The translations under genes and the position numbers were made by a program. DNA of 64,000 nucleotides. Source: a virus (taxonomy: Duplodnaviria > Caudoviricetes). Shown here in pieces: positions 26,299 through 35,347 of this stretch. The stretch lies in the IMG/VR virus record IMGVR_UViG_3300042291_000844, positions 173,725 through 237,724 of that record. One strand, written 5' to 3'. Under the pieces are notes generated by a model. That model searched no databases, was not told the origin of the DNA, and saw nothing but the letters and a program-made list of their open reading frames with translations. Numbering within the stretch: the stretch's first letter is position 1; every line of letters begins with the position of its first letter.

Positions 26299-26455
26299 CT
26301 GCAGTATTTACTTTTGCTCTATACATCATACGAATAATCGTACCCAATTCTTCATCAGTAGTATCGTCATCCATTATGATTTCTTTTCTAACTAATAAAG
26401 ATTCTTTACCTTCTCTTGCAAGTTTAATGATTTGTTTTAAATAATGGGTATTCAT
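26252..26455 (-). CDS. Hypothetical protein
   Basis: Start moved to MNTHYLK at 26455. Confidence 0.65.
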   Translation of the reverse strand: MNTHYLKQIIKLAREGKESLLVRKEIIMDDDTTDEELGTIIRMMYRAKVNTADETITQTQNIINNAS

Positions 26456-26466
26456 ATAATTGTTTT

Positions 26467-26802
26467 TTAATAGCCAACCATGTCCTCTAATAATTCTGGT
26501 ACATACCCATCTCGTACTAAATCTGGATATTCTCCATTCAACCAATAGTTTTCAGAATTCTCAATTCCTAATATAGTTTCATCATATATATCATCAATCT
26601 CATATCCACTACCATATCCATGTGCAACTACTGCCTTAGAAATTTCTCTTAATGATTTCTCATCATCTTCACTATATGCTTTTATCAAAGCCTTTTTAAT
26701 ATTGGTTTTCATTATCTCACCAATCTTTTCGTTATGAGTATACATATCCTGATTCCAGGGCTTTGTAATATTAATTCCGTATTTAGTTCCTAATGTTTTC
26801 AT
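26467..26802 (-). CDS. Hypothetical protein
   Basis: 111 aa. Confidence 0.75.
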   Translation of the reverse strand: MKTLGTKYGINITKPWNQDMYTHNEKIGEIMKTNIKKALIKAYSEDDEKSLREISKAVVAHGYGSGYEIDDIYDETILGIENSENYWLNGEYPDLVRDGYVPELLEDMVGY

Positions 26803-27008
26803 ATTGATTTATAATTTAAATAAACGTCTCTAATTGCATTTAATCTAAGTTGAACATCATCGCCATAAAATCCAAGTGAGTGGTCATATAAATCATATAA
26901 AAATTGATAATCCGCTTTACTAATATGATTTAGTCCATCTACCCAATACCAAGCTATTAATGTTTGTAATGCTTGTTTTCGTTCTTCGGTCATTTCATTC
27001 TTCACCAT
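26799..27008 (-). CDS. Hypothetical protein
   Basis: 69 aa. Confidence 0.7.
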   Translation of the reverse strand: MVKNEMTEERKQALQTLIAWYWVDGLNHISKADYQFLYDLYDHSLGFYGDDVQLRLNAIRDVYLNYKSI

Positions 27009-27028
27009 AATCTAGTTATTTTAAGGTT

Positions 27029-27059
27029 AAATAAAAGAAGGAGGGGAGAAACTCCCCCC
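27029..27059 (-). terminator. Intrinsic terminator after the AAA+ gene
   Basis: GGGGAG/CTCCCC stem plus T-rich tail. Confidence 0.65.
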
Positions 27060-27083
27060 ATTCAGTTGTAATAATGATTAACC

Positions 27084-28301
27084 CTAAAACTGTGGAATCT
27101 CATCCACATTATCTTCAGTCTTCGCTTCGAAAAGCGGAGAACCATTTTCATCCTTTTCGTACTTTTGAACTAATTGCTTAACATAAGTTCTTTCAGAATC
27201 AACCCCACCATCGTTAGAGAAGAAAGGAAAGATTGAAATCTCTGCAGCTTCAAACAAATTGAATCCATCATAAACCAAACTCGCCATTTCAACCGATGCT
27301 CTGGTAGAAACCATTGAGGATAACTTTCCACTATCACTCATTGATTGAGTTCTTGTGTGGTGAGAAATCTCGGAGATTGCTTTCAAATCATCTTCAGCAA
27401 CTTCTGGGAACATATATTTAAGTAATTCAAATTCCTGTACATCATTCAACACATCCATTTCAATTGTTACGAAACGGTCTAACATTGCTCGGTCAATAAC
27501 ACGAGTAGAGGTATATTCAGAACCAATATTGGCAGTTGCGATAAAGGTAACCCCGTCTGCAACATTTACAATTGGTGAACCTTCTGCCTCGTCCAATCGT
27601 AAGTATCTTTGACCTTGGTCTAAAACACTCATTAAGATATTCCAAGCATCTGGGTGAGCTCTACTTAACTCATCCAATAAGATAACTGCGTTTGGTGTCT
27701 TAATGGCTTTAACGAAAGCCGATTCTGAGAAGAACGTTCCCTTGCCTTGGTCAAAGTGAGTATTACCAATTAAGGTCGCTCTCGGGTCTTGAGTTGCACC
27801 TAAGTTGAAATAATAATCAGGTCTCTCTAATGATTTAACCAACGCCTTTGCGGCTAATGTTTTACCACAACCAGCAGGGCCGGTCATCATAATATTCTTA
27901 GCACGAACTGCTGAACGAATTAAGTATTTCCACTTAAGGTCTGTCATCACCAACTCACGTGGTTTTAATGATACCGAACCCTTATGGATGAAATCCTTAA
28001 CTGCATTGTGGTCTGCGGATTCCTCAATTTGGATACCACCATCTGCAGTATTCATTGGGATAATCATCGCGTTATATACACCCATATCTACTTTACGATA
28101 GGTTTTTTTACCTGTCTTATCTACATATGCTTGAACCGCTTTACCTTCGTTGAAGGCTTGTTTACGGGTTAAGGATGTACCTAATGTACCAACCTTGTTA
28201 CCGGCAGTGTCAATCATTTTGAAAGTACTACCAAATTTTTCTACTTTGTAGATTTCGTTAGCAACGAACCCTACCACATTTAAATCGAGATTTTTTTTCA
28301 T
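27084..28301 (-). CDS. MoxR/CbbQ/NirQ-type AAA+ ATPase
   Basis: Walker A GPAGCGKT, Walker B ILLDELSR, TANIG, DRAMLDRF; start moved to ATG 28301. Confidence 0.9.
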   Translation of the reverse strand: MKKNLDLNVVGFVANEIYKVEKFGSTFKMIDTAGNKVGTLGTSLTRKQAFNEGKAVQAYVDKTGKKTYRKVDMGVYNAMIIPMNTADGGIQIEESADHNAVKDFIHKGSVSLKPRELVMTDLKWKYLIRSAVRAKNIMMTGPAGCGKTLAAKALVKSLERPDYYFNLGATQDPRATLIGNTHFDQGKGTFFSESAFVKAIKTPNAVILLDELSRAHPDAWNILMSVLDQGQRYLRLDEAEGSPIVNVADGVTFIATANIGSEYTSTRVIDRAMLDRFVTIEMDVLNDVQEFELLKYMFPEVAEDDLKAISEISHHTRTQSMSDSGKLSSMVSTRASVEMASLVYDGFNLFEAAEISIFPFFSNDGGVDSERTYVKQLVQKYEKDENGSPLFEAKTEDNVDEIPQF

Positions 28302-28332
28302 TGTTTTAAGTTTTAATGTTATCAATTATTAC

Positions 28333-28369
28333 AAAGCTAATATACGACCTTTTATTGAGATTTCCAAAT
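28333..28369 (-). promoter_or_regulatory. Bacteroidota-type promoter (TATATTAG)
   Basis: Shares leader TAATTGATAACATTAAAAC with 30564-30600. Confidence 0.8.
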
Positions 28370-28403
28370 ATATTGCCATTTATTTTTAAAGTTTTTTTAT
28401 GAA

Positions 28404-28433
28404 TAAAAACAAGCCATTGAAACCCAATGGCTT
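28404..28433 (-). terminator. Hairpin after the VWA gene
   Basis: AAGCCATTG/CAATGGCTT plus T-rich tail. Confidence 0.65.
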
Positions 28434-28438
28434 ATATA

Positions 28439-30532
28439 TTATTTAGAAAGAAAGAGTGAATTCATTGTTTTGGTGATTTGTGAAACGTTTGTCACATCAA
28501 TACATTCAGCACCCTTACCATACATCGTTTTAAACCCGTGACTAACTCTACCTGAACTACTTTCCTCAACAAAGTAAGAAAGTGTTTTAATACCCATTCC
28601 TTCTATTTGCTTAACCATCTTTTGAGTATGTTTATAAGCAGGTCCACCTTGATATTCAAATTTACTGCAGTTAAAGAAAGGTTCACCATCTGATATGTTT
28701 AAGAAATAAGAATCCATATCGTTATTAGATGGAACTAACAATTTCATAATTGCTTCGTAACATAATCCTTCCGGTGTAGTACCCCCTGCGTTTAAGCCAG
28801 GGAATAAACTTTTCACTTTTGAAATCTTATCAACTCGTGAATCATAAGCAATAACTACATAAGGTTTTGAATCGGTTGTGGTTCTGATTGAAATCTGAAT
28901 TGAAAGATTTTGAATCATATCAACTGCCTTACATAAAGCGGTTACGTTGGTAAGAGTTTCCACCCATTTTCTACCACTCATTGAACCAGATGCATCAATC
29001 GAAACGTGCAAGTTAGCCTTTTTGTATGAATCAATCTCAGTAAATTGGAAAACGTTTTCGTTTCCGAATCCTAATGATGAAATCATTCTCTTATCAATAC
29101 GACCAACTTTTTGTCTATTAAAGACCGTCGTTCTATCTTCACCTCGTACCTGTAATCTCTTACCTAACAAAGTTCCGATACGAATTCCGTTGTCAATTGC
29201 AGCCTGATTATATTTGTGAAATTCCTTAGTTTCCCAATTTACATAACTAAGAGGGAACGTGTCGGTATTCATCAATGCCGTAGTTAATTTATTAACCACA
29301 ATACATTCAACACCTCGTTGTGGAGTACCCCAACCATTTGGCATATCCACACCCACCGATTTAATTTCAGAACCAGATTCTTCAATTGAGTTAAGGTCGG
29401 TCAATTCTCTATTACTAATACCCTTCTTATGGATATTACCACGTAAGAAATCCTTTTGTTTTTCTATTTTCTTTTTTAATAACTTTTTCTGAGTTTCTGA
29501 TAATTCGGTAGCCGATTTTGAACTACCCTCTGAATCAGATGTAGATGGCTTACCACCTTCCATTGGAGATGATGCAGACATCGATGAACCTCCCATTGAA
29601 TTTTCATCTTCATCGCCAACCATTTCAGTTTTACCATTTTCAGAATCAGAATCAGATTCATCCGATTCATCATTTGATTGACCAGAACCACCACCACCTT
29701 CACCTTCTTCGTCTCCATTTTCTCCCTCACCGGTTTCACCTTGTGTAGAATTAGATTGGTCTTGTGCTTTAGTTGCGATAGGTAAGTTAGTTAAAATCTC
29801 TTCAAAGATACTCAATGCAACATCAAACGCATCTTTTGTAGATTGTAAACGGCTGATATTACCCAACCCAACCAATTTGTAAATGGCTTTAAGACCATTC
29901 AACTTATTAAGGTCAGCGTTTTTATTATGAAGATTGATAATTCTGAACATATATGATTCAATAGTTTCCTCATTATATTCATCACTTTTCAATGCCTTAT
30001 CAATTAAAGGGTCATTAAAGTACTTATCATACATTGAACGATAATACTCTCTATAACCAGGTGCCTGATTAAATACATACCAGTCAATTCGTCTATCTTC
30101 AACATAGTTCCAAATATCCTTTACGATTGATATCGGATTCATAATCCCTTTTTTAATTGCGGAATCAGAAACCGAAGCGGGAATCATTGAATGAATATCT
30201 CTCAATAATTCAAAGTTAGATAATTTAATGTGAGAACCCTCGTGTAACGCCAATCCAACTGCCACGTCAAAATCCTTTGGTTCAACTACATTAGAACCAA
30301 TTACCACTGCTTTACCATCAGTATAGGAATTACCCTTACCGGAGAATTTCACAGGGATTGATTTGTTAGTAACAATGTTTACGAAGTTTGAAATCGCCCT
30401 CTTTGCAGTGGCTAATTTATAAAGGTCATGTGATTTACGCTCAACATCATTCATGTTGGTAACTAAGATGTCATCATCTTCCCAATCGCGTAACCAGTAA
30501 GAGGCGTGGGGTTTATAAGAATATTTACTCAT
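28439..30532 (-). CDS. CobT-like protein: HExxH metallopeptidase-like N-domain, acidic linker, C-terminal VWA
   Basis: LHEGSH, VEDRRID, acidic G/S/E/D linker, MIDAS DASGS, GGTTP, SDGEP; start moved to ATG 30532. Confidence 0.85.
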   Translation of the reverse strand: MSKYSYKPHASYWLRDWEDDDILVTNMNDVERKSHDLYKLATAKRAISNFVNIVTNKSIPVKFSGKGNSYTDGKAVVIGSNVVEPKDFDVAVGLALHEGSHIKLSNFELLRDIHSMIPASVSDSAIKKGIMNPISIVKDIWNYVEDRRIDWYVFNQAPGYREYYRSMYDKYFNDPLIDKALKSDEYNEETIESYMFRIINLHNKNADLNKLNGLKAIYKLVGLGNISRLQSTKDAFDVALSIFEEILTNLPIATKAQDQSNSTQGETGEGENGDEEGEGGGGSGQSNDESDESDSDSENGKTEMVGDEDENSMGGSSMSASSPMEGGKPSTSDSEGSSKSATELSETQKKLLKKKIEKQKDFLRGNIHKKGISNRELTDLNSIEESGSEIKSVGVDMPNGWGTPQRGVECIVVNKLTTALMNTDTFPLSYVNWETKEFHKYNQAAIDNGIRIGTLLGKRLQVRGEDRTTVFNRQKVGRIDKRMISSLGFGNENVFQFTEIDSYKKANLHVSIDASGSMSGRKWVETLTNVTALCKAVDMIQNLSIQISIRTTTDSKPYVVIAYDSRVDKISKVKSLFPGLNAGGTTPEGLCYEAIMKLLVPSNNDMDSYFLNISDGEPFFNCSKFEYQGGPAYKHTQKMVKQIEGMGIKTLSYFVEESSSGRVSHGFKTMYGKGAECIDVTNVSQITKTMNSLFLSK

Positions 30533-30563
30533 ATGTTTATGTTTTAATGTTATCAATTACTAC

Positions 30564-30600
30564 AAAGCTAAACTACTAATAAAAATCGGTATTTCCAAAT
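30564..30600 (-). promoter_or_regulatory. Bacteroidota-type promoter (TAGTTTAG)
   Basis: Proximal promoter of the VWA gene. Confidence 0.8.
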
Positions 30601-30665
30601 TTTTACCCATTTATTTTTAAATTATTTTGGGTCGTATTATTAGGGGTGTTGTCTCTCATTGTTAT

Positions 30666-30702
30666 AAAGCTAAACTACACATTATTTACCACATTTCCAA
30701 AT
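30666..30702 (-). promoter_or_regulatory. Tandem upstream promoter (TAGTTTAG) with MRD leader
   Basis: Followed by ATAACAATGAGAGAC and an 18-codon ORF (30603-30659). Confidence 0.75.
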
Positions 30703-30720
30703 ATTTTACCAATTATTTTA

Positions 30721-30754
30721 AAAAAAAATAACCTATTGGTTATCAATAGGTTAT
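30721..30754 (-). terminator. Inverted repeat (terminator and/or operator)
   Basis: ATAACCTATTG/CAATAGGTTAT plus T run. Confidence 0.6.
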
Positions 30755-31014
30755 ATATAATTTTTTTAAGATGAGTATAAATTGTATTATACGAGGAAGT
30801 TACGTCAACTTATTAGGAAAATCCTATTTTTGTTAGTTTTTTACTATTATGAGTGATAGTTATATAAAAATAACACAACAAACTCAATTATTATGCTTAA
30901 CTTATTTATAGGATTATTCTTATTATGTGCCTCTTTAGGGGTAGGAATTTCTAAAACTACCAAAGATTATGGGGTTAAAAAACAAAGAGAACACAAAGAA
31001 CCACTTAGGTTAGA

Positions 31015-31425
31015 TTAATGTAAACTTTCTTCAAATACCAATTGTTCTAATCCTTGCTTTTGTCTATAATCATTTATTGCAGATTTAATAGCATCTTCTG
31101 CCAATACTGAACAATGTATCTTAACTGGTGGTAATGATAGTTCCTCTACCAATTCCATATTATCCATTTTGATTGCATCATCTATTGACATTCCCTTCAA
31201 CCATTCAGTTGCTAGGGATGATGCTGCTATTGCAGAACCACATCCAAAGGTTTTAAATTTAGCATCAGTAATGATATTATCATTAACTTCTATTTGTAAT
31301 CTCATTACATCACCACATTCGGGTGCACCCACTAATCCCGTACCTACATTGGATTTACTTTTATCCAAAGTACCTACGTTACGTGGGTTATTGAAATGGT
31401 CTATTACTTTATCGCCGTATGCCAT
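31015..31425 (-). CDS. iscU: Fe-S cluster scaffold IscU/NifU-N
   Basis: DHFNNPRNVG, GAPECGDVM, FKTFGCGSAIA, LPPVKIHCS. Confidence 0.95.
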   Translation of the reverse strand: MAYGDKVIDHFNNPRNVGTLDKSKSNVGTGLVGAPECGDVMRLQIEVNDNIITDAKFKTFGCGSAIAASSLATEWLKGMSIDDAIKMDNMELVEELSLPPVKIHCSVLAEDAIKSAINDYRQKQGLEQLVFEESLH

Positions 31426-31428
31426 AAT

Positions 31429-31662
31429 TTATTTTTTATTTAAGTATCTCGTAAGAAATATATACACCAACCAAAAAGAGCCTGAAATTGAGTAGAAGAT
31501 AACGTCTGCTCCCCAATACGAACCTGTCAGTTCCATCATTAGTTTGAATAGTGCATCGTAACCAAGTGGTAGAAAGAACATCGCTAACATTAGTGATGTA
31601 TCTTTGTAAAACATCAATCGATGTTCCTTTTCCTTTAATTTGTTTAGTTTTTTTACTATCAC
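31429..31662 (-). CDS. Small 2-TM membrane protein
   Basis: Two hydrophobic helices; preferred over the overlapping 31436..31672 frame. Confidence 0.6.
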   Translation of the reverse strand: MIVKKLNKLKEKEHRLMFYKDTSLMLAMFFLPLGYDALFKLMMELTGSYWGADVIFYSISGSFWLVYIFLTRYLNKK

Positions 31663-31722
31663 CTTCGTTCATTTATAAGTTAGTTTCGTGAATAATGCGT
31701 AACCTTTTATATAAGTATCATT

Positions 31723-33051
31723 CTAATCAATATAAACAAAATCCAAATATTTATCAGATTTTAATTTTTGGCGAATTCTTTCATCTGAACATTTGAAATG
31801 ATTTGCTGCTTCTAACAACGAATAAAACTCCATACCTTCACAACTAATTATCGGCACTTCTATACGAATTGTGCCGTTCCATAGTTTTTCCATTTCATCA
31901 TATGTAATATCCCATTCATCAGTTTTTTTCCAATGACGGTATTTTAAGTTACCAGAATCTATAAAATTACGAGCTCGTTGTTCACTAAAATCTCCACCAA
32001 TTAGTTCTGATATTTGTTTAGGGGTTTCAAATGGAATACCATCCACCTCATATCGAATTGTGGGTTTAGTTTCTGCTCCTACTATTTGCCAATCTTTGTA
32101 TTTTGATTTAGTAGATTTGCATCTACGTTCTATCTCCGTTGCAACTAATTCATTTGGGTCTATTGATATTGCTGCTTCTCTGAATGATTTATATCTAATC
32201 CCATCTACAATACATTTATACGAACCATCCCAATTAATATCTTCAGTTGCTAAATCAGGATTACCCTTTACAAATACTAATATGTTTTGATGAACCGATG
32301 CTATTTTTCGATTTCTATCAAAATATGTTTTGGATATTTTAGATGCCTGATGTTGTGAATTAAATAACACCATATCGTTATAAAAACTAAAACCAATTTC
32401 CTCACATCCCATTATTGTTTTAGCAACTAAGTTTCGATACTTACCGATTTTATAATTCCCTGTCTTAGATACCTCACGGGTTTCTGATAGAACTATACAA
32501 AAGAATCTATTATCTTTTAGTTTAGAATAGGACTCAGTTAAAATGTGTGCATATGCATCATCAAAATCCTCATCATCCATATTTGATAAATCGTTTTCAT
32601 TATCAGAATATATTTCTAAATCGTAGTAAGGTGGACATGTAAATACAAAATCATAGGTTTCATCATCAAGTGTTTCCAATATCTCTGCACTATCACCTAC
32701 TATCCAATTTGGTTTTTCAGATTGTTTTTGATTTGCAAGGATTTGAGTTTCCGATATATCAATGCCGGTGTAATTGTATCCCATTTCTGATGCAACTATA
32801 CCTCTAACACTGCCTCCTGCAAATGGGTCTAATATAGTTCCGCCTTTGGGACAAAACCATTCATACATCAATTCACATAATGTAGCATCAAATATTGATA
32901 CGGAAGGTTCTTCAGTATCCCAAAAATTTGTTTTGGAAATAGTTTGTTCTCTACCTAATTCAGATTGAATTTTATAGGTATTAATCCACCATCTCTTTCT
33001 ATCTTGCCACTCTTTTGTACGAGTGTCTAAAATAGAGAAAGGTTTAATCAT
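31723..33051 (-). CDS. Amino (m6A/m4C) DNA methyltransferase with three C-terminal NUMOD1-like repeats
   Basis: LDPFAGGSVRG (motif I), TCPPY (motif IV); three repeats of the (V/C)(D/E)G..(Y/F)..helix-turn-helix type. Confidence 0.8.
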   Translation of the reverse strand: MIKPFSILDTRTKEWQDRKRWWINTYKIQSELGREQTISKTNFWDTEEPSVSIFDATLCELMYEWFCPKGGTILDPFAGGSVRGIVASEMGYNYTGIDISETQILANQKQSEKPNWIVGDSAEILETLDDETYDFVFTCPPYYDLEIYSDNENDLSNMDDEDFDDAYAHILTESYSKLKDNRFFCIVLSETREVSKTGNYKIGKYRNLVAKTIMGCEEIGFSFYNDMVLFNSQHQASKISKTYFDRNRKIASVHQNILVFVKGNPDLATEDINWDGSYKCIVDGIRYKSFREAAISIDPNELVATEIERRCKSTKSKYKDWQIVGAETKPTIRYEVDGIPFETPKQISELIGGDFSEQRARNFIDSGNLKYRHWKKTDEWDITYDEMEKLWNGTIRIEVPIISCEGMEFYSLLEAANHFKCSDERIRQKLKSDKYLDFVYID

Positions 33052-33223
33052 TTTGTTTTGATTTGTAATATTCCTCTATCTTCATATCAAGATAATCAAT
33101 AGAGCCAGTATGTGTACTAGAAAACCCTTCATACTTTAAATACCTTTTAATCGCATCAGAATTTTCTTCTAATTCCGATTTTAATTTTTTTAATTCCGGT
33201 AGGTGTGCAGTAATATAGGTCAT
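33044..33223 (-). CDS. Small hypothetical protein (59 aa, not in ORF track)
   Basis: MTYITAHLPELKKLKSELEENSDAIKRYLKYEGF...; overlaps the MTase start. Confidence 0.65.
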   Translation of the reverse strand: MTYITAHLPELKKLKSELEENSDAIKRYLKYEGFSSTHTGSIDYLDMKIEEYYKSKQND

Positions 33224-33239
33224 AACTTATTTATTTTTA

Positions 33240-33401
33240 TTAATATTCGCCAGAATCGAATCCATTAGATTTTCTTTCTAAGTCTTCGTATAGAGCATCC
33301 ATCTCCTTTAAGACAAGTTTTACCTGTCTCCAATCTTGCTCATCTATTGCATCTTCTAAAATATTACAATATTTTCCAATAAGTGTTGTTAAATCATCCA
33401 T
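33240..33401 (-). CDS. Small acidic helical protein (53 aa, not in ORF track)
   Basis: MDDLTTLIGKYCNILEDAIDEQDWRQVKLVLKEMDALYEDLERK... Confidence 0.65.
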   Translation of the reverse strand: MDDLTTLIGKYCNILEDAIDEQDWRQVKLVLKEMDALYEDLERKSNGFDSGEY

Positions 33402-33453
33402 AATTATTTCGTTGGTTTATTTATAAATTAAATATACCTTATTTAAAAAAAAG

Positions 33454-34320
33454 TTAGTTTTCCATATATTCAATAATAGAATCTGCTATATATTGATGTT
33501 GTAATAGGGTTGGGTGGCCATTTTCAGTATTTGGAAATTCATATTGAATACGTGAGTAAGGAAATGTATTTTCCCATTCCTTCCATTTTTTATAATACTT
33601 ACCATCATATCCTTTTAATGGAATTAAATACTTTTCTATCATTGGATGTGATGCTAATATTTCAGAAGTCAATCCATCCCAAGAATCTATTAAATATACA
33701 TTAGTAGTTTCCAACCATTTTTTTAAATGTTTATCTATAAAAACATCCAAATTTCGTTTAAACATTTCAATGAATAAATGATATATGTGTTCAATGTTAA
33801 TTATATGTTGCGTTCCTATAATTGGAATATTTTCATATTTTTCTAACCAATTTAAAAAAAACATATCTCTTTCTGATAGTGGAATATTTTCTAATTGTTT
33901 ATTCATGCACTCTAAATAAAACATAATTGGTCTAATATTTCCATATTTAGTCTTACAAAATTCACAAGGACACTCATCATCATAGTGTAAAAGCATTCTA
34001 TCAAATATTGTAAATTGATATACAACTGCTTTAGGATTTTTATCTAAATTATCAGTAATTAATTCAGCAGGGGCATTAAACCCACCACCATTGTAATCTA
34101 ATGTTATTTGATTACAGTTAAATTTACTAGAAACAATACCAGCAAATCTATTAGATTCTCTAAATATAATACCATCTAACGTTTGCTTTGGTTCTAATTC
34201 ATTCCATCCATTTAAATTATGTCTTTCATTAATCCAAAATGGGGTATCTAAATATAATTCTAACCCCTCACCCCAAGTGAAAGAATCGCCACCAAAAACC
34301 ATTATATTCTTATTTTCCAT
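33454..34320 (-). CDS. SGNH/GDSL-fold protein (tandem paralog A)
   Basis: GGDSFTWGEG, CxCxxC insert, NGHPTLLQH. Confidence 0.75.
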   Translation of the reverse strand: MENKNIMVFGGDSFTWGEGLELYLDTPFWINERHNLNGWNELEPKQTLDGIIFRESNRFAGIVSSKFNCNQITLDYNGGGFNAPAELITDNLDKNPKAVVYQFTIFDRMLLHYDDECPCEFCKTKYGNIRPIMFYLECMNKQLENIPLSERDMFFLNWLEKYENIPIIGTQHIINIEHIYHLFIEMFKRNLDVFIDKHLKKWLETTNVYLIDSWDGLTSEILASHPMIEKYLIPLKGYDGKYYKKWKEWENTFPYSRIQYEFPNTENGHPTLLQHQYIADSIIEYMEN

Positions 34321-35200
34321 CTAAATGTGTTATTATTGATTTTGCCAAATATTGGTGTTGTAACAGAGTTGGGTGACCATTCCATGTTTCTGGAAATTCG
34401 TTTATAATTCGTTTATGTGGAAATGTAGTTTCCCATTCCAAATAATTTGTATAATAGGTGTTATCAAACCCCAATAAAGGAATCATTCTTTTACTAAATT
34501 CAGGTAGTTCGTTAATTACATTAGATGAATTTTCATCCCAAGAATCTATGAAATATACTGGTGCTATAGTTTCCCATTTAGATACATAGTCTTTCATGAA
34601 CAAATTTAAATTTCGTATAAACAGTGGTTTAAACCAATTATCAATTTGTTGAAATAAAGTACTATAATCTAAATTTTTATAAGGAATATTTTCATTTTTT
34701 TCCAACCATCTTAAAGCCCAATAATCAGTATCAGTTATAACATCATTATTAATATGTTTATGTATGTATTTGGTATAGATATTCCATGGTTTTTCAAATC
34801 CTGTTGTAACACAAAATTTACATTTACAATCTTTATCTAAATGTAATGACATTCTTTGAATAGTTGTAAATTGTAAAATTATACATTTTATTTTATTAGG
34901 TCTGAACCCTACATCATTTTGTATATTTCTTTCAATATGTACAATTGGAGTTTCAAACTGACCTCCATTGAATTCAAAAACCCGCGGGTCAACATTAAAA
35001 TAATTTGATACTATGGCTGGAAATCGATTTGATTCTCTAAATTTTTGAGATTCATAATCTTGTTTTTGATATAATTGAGTCCAACCATTTATTTTGGTTC
35101 GCTCATCAATCCATTTTGGGGTATCTAAATATAATTCTAGACCTTCACCCCACGTAAAGGAATCTCCACCAAAAATGATTACATCATTTGTATTACTCAT
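34310..35200 (-). CDS. SGNH/GDSL-fold protein (tandem paralog B)
   Basis: Same motifs; 22-bp DNA identity 34241-34262 vs 35118-35139. Confidence 0.75.
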   Translation of the reverse strand: MSNTNDVIIFGGDSFTWGEGLELYLDTPKWIDERTKINGWTQLYQKQDYESQKFRESNRFPAIVSNYFNVDPRVFEFNGGQFETPIVHIERNIQNDVGFRPNKIKCIILQFTTIQRMSLHLDKDCKCKFCVTTGFEKPWNIYTKYIHKHINNDVITDTDYWALRWLEKNENIPYKNLDYSTLFQQIDNWFKPLFIRNLNLFMKDYVSKWETIAPVYFIDSWDENSSNVINELPEFSKRMIPLLGFDNTYYTNYLEWETTFPHKRIINEFPETWNGHPTLLQHQYLAKSIITHLDGK

Positions 35201-35221
35201 TTGTAACCAATTTAATTAAAT

Positions 35222-35347
35222 TTATCTACCTTGACCACGATAATTCTTTTCTTTCCTATCGTGTCTATTAGTAGTTTTAGATGCCTTACCGGATTTTCGT
35301 TTTCCGAATGTTACTTTTGATGTAGTTAAGGATTTTCCTTTTGCCAT
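35222..35347 (-). CDS. Small very basic peptide ending YRGQGR (41 aa, not in ORF track)
   Basis: MAKGKSLTTSKVTFGKRKSGKASKTTNRHDRKEKNYRGQGR; TAATG coupling. Confidence 0.75.
   Translation of the reverse strand: MAKGKSLTTSKVTFGKRKSGKASKTTNRHDRKEKNYRGQGR

Noticed and set aside
28301-30556. MITLK N-termini shared by the AAA+ and VWA ORFs as a protein motif
   Set aside because: These come from TTG starts inside the shared promoter leader; the real starts are ATG 28301 and 30532.
31723-33051. Intron, intein or free homing endonuclease in the MTase
   Set aside because: The frame is continuous, with no intein termini and no HNH/GIY-YIG catalytic motif.
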